Below, in pieces: positions 12,001-16,778 of a DNA stretch of 32,000 nucleotides. The position numbers and the translations under genes were made by a program. The DNA is from an uncultured archaeon. GTDB lineage: Archaea; Asgardarchaeota; Thorarchaeia; Thorarchaeales; Thorarchaeaceae. Under the pieces are notes generated by a model. The model did not search any database, was not told where the DNA came from, and saw nothing but the letters and a program-made list of their open reading frames with translations. Positions within the stretch are counted from its first letter, which is position 1; every line of letters begins with the position of its first letter. The stretch covers positions 60,001-92,000 of the forward strand of contig CAZYLT010000005.1 of NCBI GenBank assembly GCA_964648855.1, given 5' to 3'.

Positions 12001-12569
12001 TTCCTGCTGAGGCAGTGGATGTCGAGGTTCCCGAGATGGGTGAACTTCTCGTCCAGCTATCTATACTCACCAACTTGAGCTCTCAAGAACTCGATGAGTT
12101 CAAGGCAGACATCTCGAAGATGAAGCTCAGTGAACAAGCTGCCTTTGTGAAAGAAGTCATCTATCAAGAGGCGATACGTGCTGCTCGACGGGAGGACACA
12201 ACGGTTGAGGAAATTGTTGAAAAAGTTCGCAATGACGCAAAACGTCAGATTAGTGGTGAAGAGATAGAACGCATCTCCGCTCCTGAAGAGGCAGTGCCTG
12301 ACCGTGTGCTCCTCTCGGAAGAGGATGAAATCGAAGAGCCCACTGAATTCGAAGTAGAAGGTCCTGACGACGTTCTGGAAGAGGACATTTCTGGAGCCAA
12401 GGAGATACTGCCTGATGACCGACTTAGCCCATTCGAGCTTGAGGAACTAAAGAAGGACCTTGAGAAGAGAGGTGTACCTGCTCACGAGATTGATACGATA
12501 ATTGATCAGGCAAAGAACCTGCCGCGTGAACTGGTGGAGGAGCTTGTACGGAGTCTAGGCGAAGAGTAG
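3..12569 (+). CDS. Giant single-pass cell-surface protein (DUF2341 + LamG/ConA-like module, many Ig-like repeats, C-terminal TM, cytoplasmic tail); 5'-partial
   Basis: The frame is open from nt 3 (YNNQKNPSTFLSASSER...) through the ATG at 93, so the real start lies upstream of the window. DUF2341-type motifs (DFPV..., DIVF..., VAWVK..., MYYGNP) and LamG motifs (VWHLDE ... FNGRMDEVRIS) are present. The repeats are Thr/Ser/Tyr-rich with many N-x-S/T sequons. Hydrophobic WGTPISLLLLFLVVLWV is followed by basic residues. Confidence 0.92.
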   Translation, partial: YNNQKNPSTFLSASSERDLRDAWENDDSATMTFTTSSTEPITMDATMTMDIEGSGQTLDEDLNDGTTFYATNGTNYVDWTANVLVSPPNNTETMNVEINYPFTQWNPTKVINPLGAEKTYGTDWDYTAGTLTIYYPAVDVYGVWVLEFVSWNYVEDLQLGVSGQPLSDSATLNINDDLKLRATTPWIQNARAGLVLTDPTGAVWHTDYNTTGAPGTTWDVPSFQYRFPLTVPSSQVGGDVTDFPVKVSFTDSNLQDTSKVQASGNDIVFVQNGIVLSHQIELFDQTNGELVAWVKANLSGLVDTNLFMYYGNPIVGSCENPEDVWTNSYDAVWHLDEDVTDESTGGIHYDSTSSNLDGTQNGNSRIAGKSGGYAQSFDGTNDWIVIDSSLGYDPTGDLSFSGWFYLPSDFSSSSSSLLLMEKYLNGDDNFHIALAGSDYSESGVTAGSLVIGMELGTDEYAKWTNDYTFWASGWYHYTITIDSDNVANTKLYVNGADDTATGSAGSGGTPNPADLDFSADWGIGGRYVEETAEFPSSEEFFNGRMDEVRISSTYRSSSWIKTEYNNTNNPTVFVQRASEQQKTSPEHTFTKTIDSSAIAGEWTASVYYNDSGASVSEATGLYERNFIVKHDSSLTLLSPTDATSDKTSLKVAGELLQIEVQLTDDITTDGVTGATVKVNWTISGTPTEITLDEYDNGRYGKVLNTSDLSENKRWRIDIWSSHIYYNDATDYFDLDLNHETDLTYLNVETTPTGFDFTATLVFRDVYDDTPVTGAVITFANGTPVTIVDEGAGRYNISLSTSSLSLGDHWYEFRASTSGSFLDDDTTNVTFTLRKHYTAVSVQGDFITPYGENTTVNVIITDLDTGSVLSETSSISSWTFSWTGGSDTDTSLTDFSYILATNAWNIGTDTVTISVSMSGDYYNPTDYLFDVQIRKHYTSVTILGDLLSPHGFDTNVTVVITDADTGQILSNIGDVSSWNFDWGLGSNDETPPEDFNYTLSSSAWNLGITQVTFSVNMSGIYDNPANYEFEVEIRKHYTSVSVQGDFVTPYGQTTDVTVVITDLDTGTLLGSTISISYWNFTSSNPSVDETSPTDFSVTLTTDTWSLGIEIVTLSVTMSGIYYDPADHTFDVEIRRHKTAASIIGEFVTPYGLTTNVTVIITDLDTGQQLSDTSSIWYWNFTSSYSPINEEAPSDFNLSLSTEKWLIGTQTVTLSVTMIGFYDSPQNIQFDIRIRKHYTSVSVSGNFLTAHGFDTNLTVVIQDTDNGSVLATTANVSSWIFDWGTASDQESPADYSYILATSSWDLGKFTITLSVNMTDIYQNPSDHQFEVQIREHYTQVSVSGGLVTPYGNTTPIEVVITDLDTNTVLADASVITAWSFTSTYDPLIPPTDDFSVDLNTTAWDVGTESVTLSVTLSGIYFTPSDYVFNIRIRSLETTLYHEPSDLLFPTGDDFVIVLRLNVSENGIYYGNPINELSQGNFTVRNSTYTYPATITFLADGRYNLSIDDVGHFVEGSYTITVRVDPTSSLYALSKVVITFEYQPARSDLTANLYTISTPYNTNATVTLTYYDLDRGSGITTATINANISWISYTHIGSGKYEVEIGVADLTIGSHYVNLTADAEGYTARSLVIKVVITRIHTDAEPSTISIDMPVGNTEIFYIDFIDLDNDVAIFGAEVMHVSNWTGSTPINITWTGSRYRVNFTTTGADQLGIYLIRFNFSNGLNYQPAICDVEVDIRTHITIFNLETAVEPTAFNALINISVRYYDFDNKVGIDSELVEDHVWNGTLVATTLINEGGGYYTIQINATQFPIGEQNFIIYFNWTGTVQQYENKTITASVNIIGVASELTLISSSEPTPYFGNMSYTIKYAEQDSGDGITNTSNLEYGDGHVFIYVEFDGVTVDLSSIAIWEVDYTNKPGQYSIRFNTSIFSSVGLFYMKVYINWSKGVDPQYTNRTDTISVRVLARDTLISVIPASSTPYNEYAEFSFTYEDTLASEDIANSSQLSISLSLASYSISYDSPSRHFTVSFNTSQFGSLGQQSFTLNVTWAGIPFYANRTNRVVFVTVTDRDTVLDYQAPPPTSYRENVSFTLTWTDIAGSTSSGIEGASIVLYDGSNPISATYYSVSESGAGEYDIELNTTYKTEPGYYSLRVEISSAEFYYYTVDADRTFNIRQRVTILTSDPVSDVPYNSPIEVVLYYQDLLSLGIIGNDSSLVSLEIVTAGDWIFTISWRPSRGNYLLLIETSNQAGLEIGVEYELQLNMSYAYTDPYYRWDDLTIAYQLRYRASSLEQTEAPIQTPYLDYSNFTLYYSDADASTGIDGGDIYILKGGTSLTQGTDFVYSVKAGGYYYVSVNSTALDELGGTQITVWANWTGGTPYHNNASLSLTLTVTRRATNVVVLVSPSRTNYLEDVVFVVAFTDLGTNNALSTDKSLITIYNEGVALDAVDFTFSQLGSNYNYEITINSSTLSAQLASELNITVFVDWPNAPNYYQDDSTSIRVTIIARETALSIDKPQRTAYDENATLSFQFLDTTNIPEQLIEDNPSLSVITNLSAIPQITYDSGSKAFSISFNTAQFGYVGVHYFYINVTWTGSPFYGNKTLQISSVNVIYRETQANFEAPAPTPFNDNATFTVTYLDIAGETEFGISDATLTMYYSGAQIPSENYKVTPDGSGGFSVELFTGFFTEPGSYELNASLVYTGTEFKSDASAIRSLLVRFRNTILSADPVGSIGYGTQMEVILEFQDQLTLDAIGNSSDETTLTILNDTATPWVFTVQWQPSTETYSLVIDTDGQSLSVDVSYSLRVNMTYVYQSPYYRHDDTYIFFSIRKRTSLLSVPEPPTPTAFNELAVFELYYEDTDVNQGISGATILIDSLVEGTDFFVSTGDAGTYFISLNTSSLGAPGSYIITVTADWLDSAAPYYKDAVRNVTASVTRRSAEVEILSPPGQARYLDNLTFTFAYTDTAGSSETRISITSSDIQIYANGTLLLNSEFTLTETTNEAFRVSINTTVLAATLVTDYNITIIVDWADGVAPYYEDDQTELSVSSVGRSMSVTLGQIQTTPIDDNMTISFTLVDIANGAPVSDAVIIFDCARADITLSEGSSYWLYEGTGILVGHYNITIRTSALKGVDDYDFDIDIHWNQSMSPYYNNLSRITVTGSVDLIWASLQSDSPSPSSVQISDNVTVVVYYTDLDHGDEGIAGAEVYVSYLSTGLIPSFLSINKSIPGVYEITLSTIDLDDTGAYTLNITLAKSKYEKKEVNPSFTVSVISTILTPDEDTIEDILWTTEVTITVSYEDLLHLNLTPGANVTYSWDGGTGSFNEIGSSGEYYATIDTTLANSGTRVVTITAEKDKFRTSITTVALIVLTLPSEMVAYEPAELVNEIPRGSPVDITVYLNDTYNLQPIQDSIVSTVYATFEGTDYPLTYNETPGYYYTTIPGADTELPISFYNIRVTAQMNNYDPASFSFKIDLLQTLTSLELYDDTQETMNAVFFEQVEFTLNFTQTVNGDPIDIAEVTWSLSDSDLKGNFTNLGGGIWHVVFETANAGYGTWGFTFRGIPDDPVLAATTSTLTLTIKRIPTQAVNPTPLTVVWGWTGNISFLFYDTYFDVGISGALAEYSWGPIKGNATDLGNGTYLVPVDTSILSTGDRHSLQIAFSKENYQESNGGLQIAVQEIPTELFIAPQENDRMMIEGSKTNLQVPINDTITIRLFYNDTDNTEGFVGGIEEAYLLPESSIIGRQTFQGQLDFELISVGGGWYQIEFNSNEARYYTAGTWIDGAEFNYYVAIKLENRTMVETSIRITVIEKPSELVLDPELGLTQPVVSMYYGETIPVTVYYNDTWHNWGVDDATIIGQIDIESLVLENWEESGEGFYILYLSAPAPIVPVGIDRTSVIVTVNANKSTHADGQLLLRVNIIPTESQTTMSTAISWGTPISLLLLFLVVLWVKVFSVPKRLRQINGQIKSLSKGKVPKPIEEAKDRQELVTDLFNDTYEKVEITRRPDELPAEAVDVEVPEMGELLVQLSILTNLSSQELDEFKADISKMKLSEQAAFVKEVIYQEAIRAARREDTTVEEIVEKVRNDAKRQISGEEIERISAPEEAVPDRVLLSEEDEIEEPTEFEVEGPDDVLEEDISGAKEILPDDRLSPFELEELKKDLEKRGVPAHEIDTIIDQAKNLPRELVEELVRSLGEE
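669..1740 (+). other. DUF2341 + laminin-G/concanavalin-A-like module within the giant protein
   Basis: FQYRFPLTV...DFPVKV...ELVAWVKANL...MYYGNP, then YDAVWHLDE...WYHYTIT...KLYVNG...FNGRMDEVRISSTYRSSSWIKTEYNN. Confidence 0.8.
2499..4292 (+). repeat. Six tandem 99-100 aa Ig-like repeats
   Basis: The R-x-H-[YK]-T motif recurs at 2499, 2799, 3099, 3399, 3699 and 3996, with the next boundary at 4293. Consensus RKHYTxVSVxGxxxTPYGxxTxVxVVITDLDTG...W..F...W..G...VTLSVxMxGxYxxP. Confidence 0.93.
5889..9134 (+). repeat. Two copies of a ~540-aa five-domain super-repeat (5889-7505, 7506-9134)
   Basis: Domain pairs occur in the same order: SFNTSQFG/SFNTAQFG, WTDIAG/YLDIAG, TILTSDPV/TILSADPV, DPYYRWDD/SPYYRHDD, PNYYQDDST/APYYEDDQT. 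Confidence 0.85.
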
Positions 12570-12573
12570 GACA

Positions 12574-13344
12574 CTAGTCCTTCTCCTCGCTGTCTTGGTC
12601 AAAATATGAGAGGGGCAGAGTTGTTCCAAATCTAGGTGGCTTTGCCTTTGCCGATCTTCTTACTGGGTGTTGCGGATGTTTGGCTAGAGCATATTTGAAA
12701 TAGGACTTCGATTCCTCAACATGAACATGTACTTGAGCACAGCTTGCTAAGGCCTTTCCGCCTGCAGGTAAATGCCGATTTTGCTCCGAAGGTTGAGCTG
12801 AAATTATAGTGAAAATTCCCCTTTGCAATGTGAAGGTCATGATTTTGGTGGCCATGTGTGTTAATTGCTGTAAGCCCTCACCCGATATGCCCTCTTTGAT
12901 GAATAGATTTGGCAGCCCTGTAACAAAAAGGACTCTTGCTGGAACTCTGTCAAAGAATCTGTCTATCTGATTCATTACTAAGTCATAAGTTTGTGAGGAA
13001 TTGAATGCGCGCGATATATAGATTCTATCCATCACTGCCTCGGGTTCAAGATCCAATTCATAAGAGATGTCCGTGAGTTGGTCGATATGAATAATGTTGG
13101 CACTGTCGATTATGATTGATGAACTTTGGATACCTCCCTTGTCCTTTGGGAGTTGTGCCTGAACTGCTATTCTAAACAAATCATCATGCAAACCTCTATC
13201 GCCGTAGAAGAGATGCACAAGCCCGCTTTCAAGACCGCCATCAAGCAATCTGTCAAGTGCAGGATTTCCAGTACCAAGTTTTAATCTTACGACCTCATCT
13301 GCTGTTCGAAAGCCCGGCCTTAGGCCCTGATTGATTTTTCTCAT
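12574..13344 (-). CDS. RadA/Rad51-family paralog with degenerate ATPase motifs
   Basis: TGNPALDRLLDGGLESG, IIIDSAN, MDRIYISRAFNSSQ and GGKALAS align to the RadA core. Walker A is replaced by YGDRGLHD and Walker B by LFVTG. The N-terminal GFRTADE (FxxA) motif is present. Confidence 0.85.
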   Translation of the reverse strand: MRKINQGLRPGFRTADEVVRLKLGTGNPALDRLLDGGLESGLVHLFYGDRGLHDDLFRIAVQAQLPKDKGGIQSSSIIIDSANIIHIDQLTDISYELDLEPEAVMDRIYISRAFNSSQTYDLVMNQIDRFFDRVPARVLFVTGLPNLFIKEGISGEGLQQLTHMATKIMTFTLQRGIFTIISAQPSEQNRHLPAGGKALASCAQVHVHVEESKSYFKYALAKHPQHPVRRSAKAKPPRFGTTLPLSYFDQDSEEKD

Positions 13345-13413
13345 CTCGCAATCATATTTGATGGATCACATAATAACACCCCCAAAAAAAATCGAGGTCC
13401 ACGTAGCAAGAAC

Positions 13414-13440
13414 TTTAATAGTCACTGTAGCTACGATGAC
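13414..13440 (+). promoter_or_regulatory. TATA-like box (TTTAATA) followed by an imperfect 20-bp palindrome
   Basis: TTTAATA at 13414-13420, then GTCACTGTAG|CTACGATGAC at 13421-13440 (8/10 symmetric), in a divergent intergenic region. Confidence 0.4.
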
Positions 13441-13467
13441 GTACTAACTCGGCCGGGAGGCAGATTA

Positions 13468-13677
13468 TTGACACAAAGAAAAGTTAGGGTATGTCCGCGG
13501 TGCGGAAGCCCACATATTCGCGAGGCCACTAGTTCAGTTGGAGGCTGGCTTGTTCCAAAGACGTATTATTGTGAAGCAGAAGGGTGTGGATATTCAGGGT
13601 CTGTCTATGTTGAAGTGGACGCATCAGAAGTGGATGAACTCAGAACTGCAATCAATGGCGAAATAGGCTCAGAATGA
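13468..13677 (+). CDS. Small Zn-ribbon protein (CPxCG type)
   Basis: CPRCGS ... YYCEAEGCGYSG; TTG start with GGGAGG upstream. Confidence 0.75.
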   Translation: MTQRKVRVCPRCGSPHIREATSSVGGWLVPKTYYCEAEGCGYSGSVYVEVDASEVDELRTAINGEIGSE

Positions 13678-13742
13678 CCATATCTTACACTCCGAAATTA
13701 ACTTAAGGCAAAACAAAAAGCAAGAAATGAGGTTGAGTAAAT

Positions 13743-14183
13743 ATGGTTACTGTAGATGAATTCGAATTTCCAGAGGATTTGCACTATTTTGCAAGTGAAA
13801 CCGATTCTCTGTGGTTGAAGAAAGAAGACGGAAAGGTACGACTTGGTATCACTCCTCTTGGAGCTTATGCTGCTGGCAAGATTAAGTTCATACGACTCAG
13901 ACCTGCTGGGAAGAAAGTAAAATCAGGTCGAAGCATAGGAACTCTTGAGTCAGGTAAATGGACAGGTGCGGTCAAGGCACCAGTTGGAGGAGAGATTGTT
14001 GAGGTCAATGATGACCTGAAGAGCAATCCCAGTCTTATCAATGAAGACCCATATGGCAAAGGATGGGTTGCTGTACTAGAACCCGAAGACATGTCCGAGT
14101 TGGAAAAACTTCAGGGCCCAGATGGTCTGGAAGAATGGGCGAAGGAAGAAGTCGCTAGTAAGAAAGAGATGAAGGGCGAATAG
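13743..14183 (+). CDS. gcvH: Glycine cleavage H-like lipoyl-carrier protein
   Basis: FPEDLHY, VRLGIT, GTLESGKW (lipoyl-Lys motif), APVGGEIVEVN, LINEDPYGKGW. Confidence 0.88.
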   Translation: MVTVDEFEFPEDLHYFASETDSLWLKKEDGKVRLGITPLGAYAAGKIKFIRLRPAGKKVKSGRSIGTLESGKWTGAVKAPVGGEIVEVNDDLKSNPSLINEDPYGKGWVAVLEPEDMSELEKLQGPDGLEEWAKEEVASKKEMKGE

Positions 14184-14221
14184 CGCTCTTCAGCTCGTGG
14201 GGATGGAATTTTCCCCCCCGC

Positions 14222-15358
14222 TCATTTTCTCTTTACTAGTTCTCTGCGCATAGAAACTGCAGTATCATACAGGATTTCAGGTGGTACCAAGACATATAGC
14301 AAATTTTTGCTATATCCTGATTCGAAAACTACACACTGGAATATCAGTGACTGTAGACTTCTCTCAATGTCTTCTGGGGCATATATGACTCCCAATTCCT
14401 CACATTTGATTTGGACAACTTCATTGAGTGTTTTTCGATCAATATAGGTTTCAGTCTTATATTGCATGAGGTGTCCCGAGAGGGCTTCTAGAACTAGAAG
14501 CGTCATGAAATCATTCATACTTATGGCTTCTATAGTTTCCATGTAGTCCTGTTCATGACCCAATGTAGCAATATCAGATGTGGCATTCCTCACCATGTCC
14601 GAATCTATCTCATGACCTCTTGAGGCCAAGGGATACAGGGTTTTGAGCGCCTCTATTGAGGTCTTGGGCTTTGAAGCATCGAATTCACATACTATGTCTG
14701 CTATGTATCTCACAACTTCGTCGGTCAGTCCGAGCGGAAAGGTGTCTTCAACTCTCATTCTGACTATCTCATAGAGCTGTGATTGAGTGTATGTATCCAG
14801 TGGTATCTCAAAATCATATGCCATGGCTGAAGCCCCGCCTTTTGTGAGAAATCTATAGTCATGGCTGTTGAGAATCCCAATAGTGCTGGCTTGGATCTCT
14901 TTGGAGAGTCTTGCCAGCTTGCTGAATATCTCTTCATTGCTTTCATCTATATTGTCTATAACAAATACTCCCTTCTTCGGAGAGGTGGTTGCAGTTCTCT
15001 TGAATTGCATCCAAAGGACATCCAAGTCAAATGCAACTGTGATAGGTCTGTCATTCTTGATGTGTATTCTATTATTCAGGTCAGAAACTATTTCTAGAAT
15101 GTCCTTATTCTTTGCATCCACGTATACCGTATAGGCATCAAATTTGCTAGGTACTATTTTGGTGAGGAAATACCTGGAAAAGACAGTCATTCCAACACCG
15201 GTAATCCCATGTACGAGGCAATTTACACCATAATTATCAGCGAAGGAGTCCGAGTGGATTCCTTTGATTGAATCCAATTCCCGGTCTCGATGCAGAAGCT
15301 CCTTTGGCACATAATACGGGTCGAATAGGCCCTTAGGGCTGACCTCAGGCTTTCTCAT
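14222..15358 (-). CDS. Cdc6/Orc1-family protein with degenerate AAA+ motifs
   Basis: N-terminal FDPYYVPKELLHRDRE is the Cdc6/Orc1 signature, and YTQSQLYEIVRMR matches. Walker A reads GITGVGMT and Walker B FVIDNID. The C-terminal region is winged-helix sized. Confidence 0.85.
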   Translation of the reverse strand: MRKPEVSPKGLFDPYYVPKELLHRDRELDSIKGIHSDSFADNYGVNCLVHGITGVGMTVFSRYFLTKIVPSKFDAYTVYVDAKNKDILEIVSDLNNRIHIKNDRPITVAFDLDVLWMQFKRTATTSPKKGVFVIDNIDESNEEIFSKLARLSKEIQASTIGILNSHDYRFLTKGGASAMAYDFEIPLDTYTQSQLYEIVRMRVEDTFPLGLTDEVVRYIADIVCEFDASKPKTSIEALKTLYPLASRGHEIDSDMVRNATSDIATLGHEQDYMETIEAISMNDFMTLLVLEALSGHLMQYKTETYIDRKTLNEVVQIKCEELGVIYAPEDIERSLQSLIFQCVVFESGYSKNLLYVLVPPEILYDTAVSMRRELVKRK

Positions 15359-15386
15359 TCTTATCAGTAATTGGTCCTGAGTTCAG

Positions 15387-15394
15387 TATATAAA
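15387..15394 (-). promoter_or_regulatory. TATA box (TTTATATA) of the cdc6-like gene, probably leaderless transcript
   Basis: Canonical archaeal TTTAWAW box 28 nt upstream of the ATG at 15358. Confidence 0.55.
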
Positions 15395-15439
15395 CACCCC
15401 AGAGACATGACCGAAAGTATTCTGTAATGATAGACAAGA

Positions 15440-16777
15440 TTAGACCATAGTCTGGAGCACATCGTTGCATTCGGGATCCAAAATGAATGAGTTGAATCCT
15501 CTTCCTATGACATCTCTTAGTTCTTGAAGACGCTTCTTCTTCACCTCGTCACTGAAAGGCCACTTATGCTCGGGTTTTGGAGTTATCCCCAGATCCTGGC
15601 ATTTTCTGACAATCTGCATGACGACATCGTATATTTTTTCACCACTCTTCTTGGATGGTCGTATCTCTCTGGAATGCATAATCATGCCATATGCAGCAGT
15701 ATTATCTCCCAAGTACCATTTACTGGGGGCATGTCCATATTTCGCGAAGGGTGTTAGTCCGTTGTCCATCAAGAGGCTATCGATTTCTGAGATGCTATCC
15801 TGCATATTCTTTAGACTATCATCATGCAATCCATAACCCTCGAAGAGTGCCATCTGTATCCCCTCTTTGGGATTGCGTTTTGGTAGCTTGATTCTGACCT
15901 CTTTCATTTTCTCAAGGTCATTGGATTCGAGCTTGGTCAAATTCACTATGTCATTCAGTTCTTCTTCGTATCCTTCTGGTACCTCAAGGATATGAAGCGG
16001 AGGTTTCAAATCTCCCCGGATATCTTCATGAGCCATGACGATTGTCTCGCCATATCGAATAGGGCTCTTTCGTTGTACCATTTCTGCAATTGCGTTGCCC
16101 ATCTCTTGATAGTTCTCGTATACAACTGTGCCTCCTACTGTTTCTTCATCTTCAAATGGGCGAATATCCAATCTGAGTTCTGTGATAAATCCCAGTGTTC
16201 CATGTGAGCTAGCGATATCGTGGATGGAGAAGCTCATATCATTGAGCTTTTCGGCCATCTGCTTATGATTGGATCTCACACCATTCTGATCAACTGTAAT
16301 TGGAGTGCCATCATACAGAACCATTCGCACTCGGTGGGTGTTGTCCCTCATTGTCCCGTTTACCCATGTATCATTTCCTCCACCATCCGTGCTCAGTATC
16401 CCGCCGACAGTGGCTATATCCCTGCTACTTGGTGCGACCCATAGCTTCATTCCTATAGGCTCAAGAATCTCGTTAATCTCGTCAGGGGTTGCTCCAGGTT
16501 GAACATCAACATAACCTTGGTCTTTTGAGATTGCCAAGACCTCTTTCATTTGTAGACTGCTAAGCATTATTCTCCCTTGATTTCCACCGGTGCATGCTCC
16601 GCTTAAACCAGACCCGCCTCCTTTTGGCGTGACTTCAAAATCCTTCTCATTAGCAAATTGTACAGCCAATATGACATCCTTCTCCGTCTTAGGATAGAAG
16701 ACCCCCTTAATCTTCTTGAAGTCAAGTCGATAGTACATCGAGGCATTTGCACCAATGGCAACATCTCTTAATTTCAC
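15440..16777 (-). CDS. FAD-binding oxidoreductase, GlcD/D-lactate dehydrogenase family
   Basis: PKGGGSGLSG, PSSRDIATVGGILSTDGGG, SSHGTLGFITE, C-terminal GHA...PEH. The start was moved to GTG at 16777, 1 nt after the upstream stop and preceded by GGAGGGGGAG. Confidence 0.85.
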   Translation of the reverse strand: MKLRDVAIGANASMYYRLDFKKIKGVFYPKTEKDVILAVQFANEKDFEVTPKGGGSGLSGACTGGNQGRIMLSSLQMKEVLAISKDQGYVDVQPGATPDEINEILEPIGMKLWVAPSSRDIATVGGILSTDGGGNDTWVNGTMRDNTHRVRMVLYDGTPITVDQNGVRSNHKQMAEKLNDMSFSIHDIASSHGTLGFITELRLDIRPFEDEETVGGTVVYENYQEMGNAIAEMVQRKSPIRYGETIVMAHEDIRGDLKPPLHILEVPEGYEEELNDIVNLTKLESNDLEKMKEVRIKLPKRNPKEGIQMALFEGYGLHDDSLKNMQDSISEIDSLLMDNGLTPFAKYGHAPSKWYLGDNTAAYGMIMHSREIRPSKKSGEKIYDVVMQIVRKCQDLGITPKPEHKWPFSDEVKKKRLQELRDVIGRGFNSFILDPECNDVLQTMV

Positions 16778-16778
16778 C

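Noticed and set aside
12580-12625. PIP box at the C-terminus of the RadA paralog (TTLPLSYF)
   Set aside because: Spacing does not fit QxxLxxFF
14184-14221. Terminator hairpin between gcvH and the cdc6-like gene
   Set aside because: Only a 5-bp GGGGA/TCCCC stem without a clear T-tract; too weak to call
15359-15439. Replication origin next to the cdc6-like gene
   Set aside because: Only about 80 bp, with no repeated ORB-like boxes or extended AT-rich unwinding element
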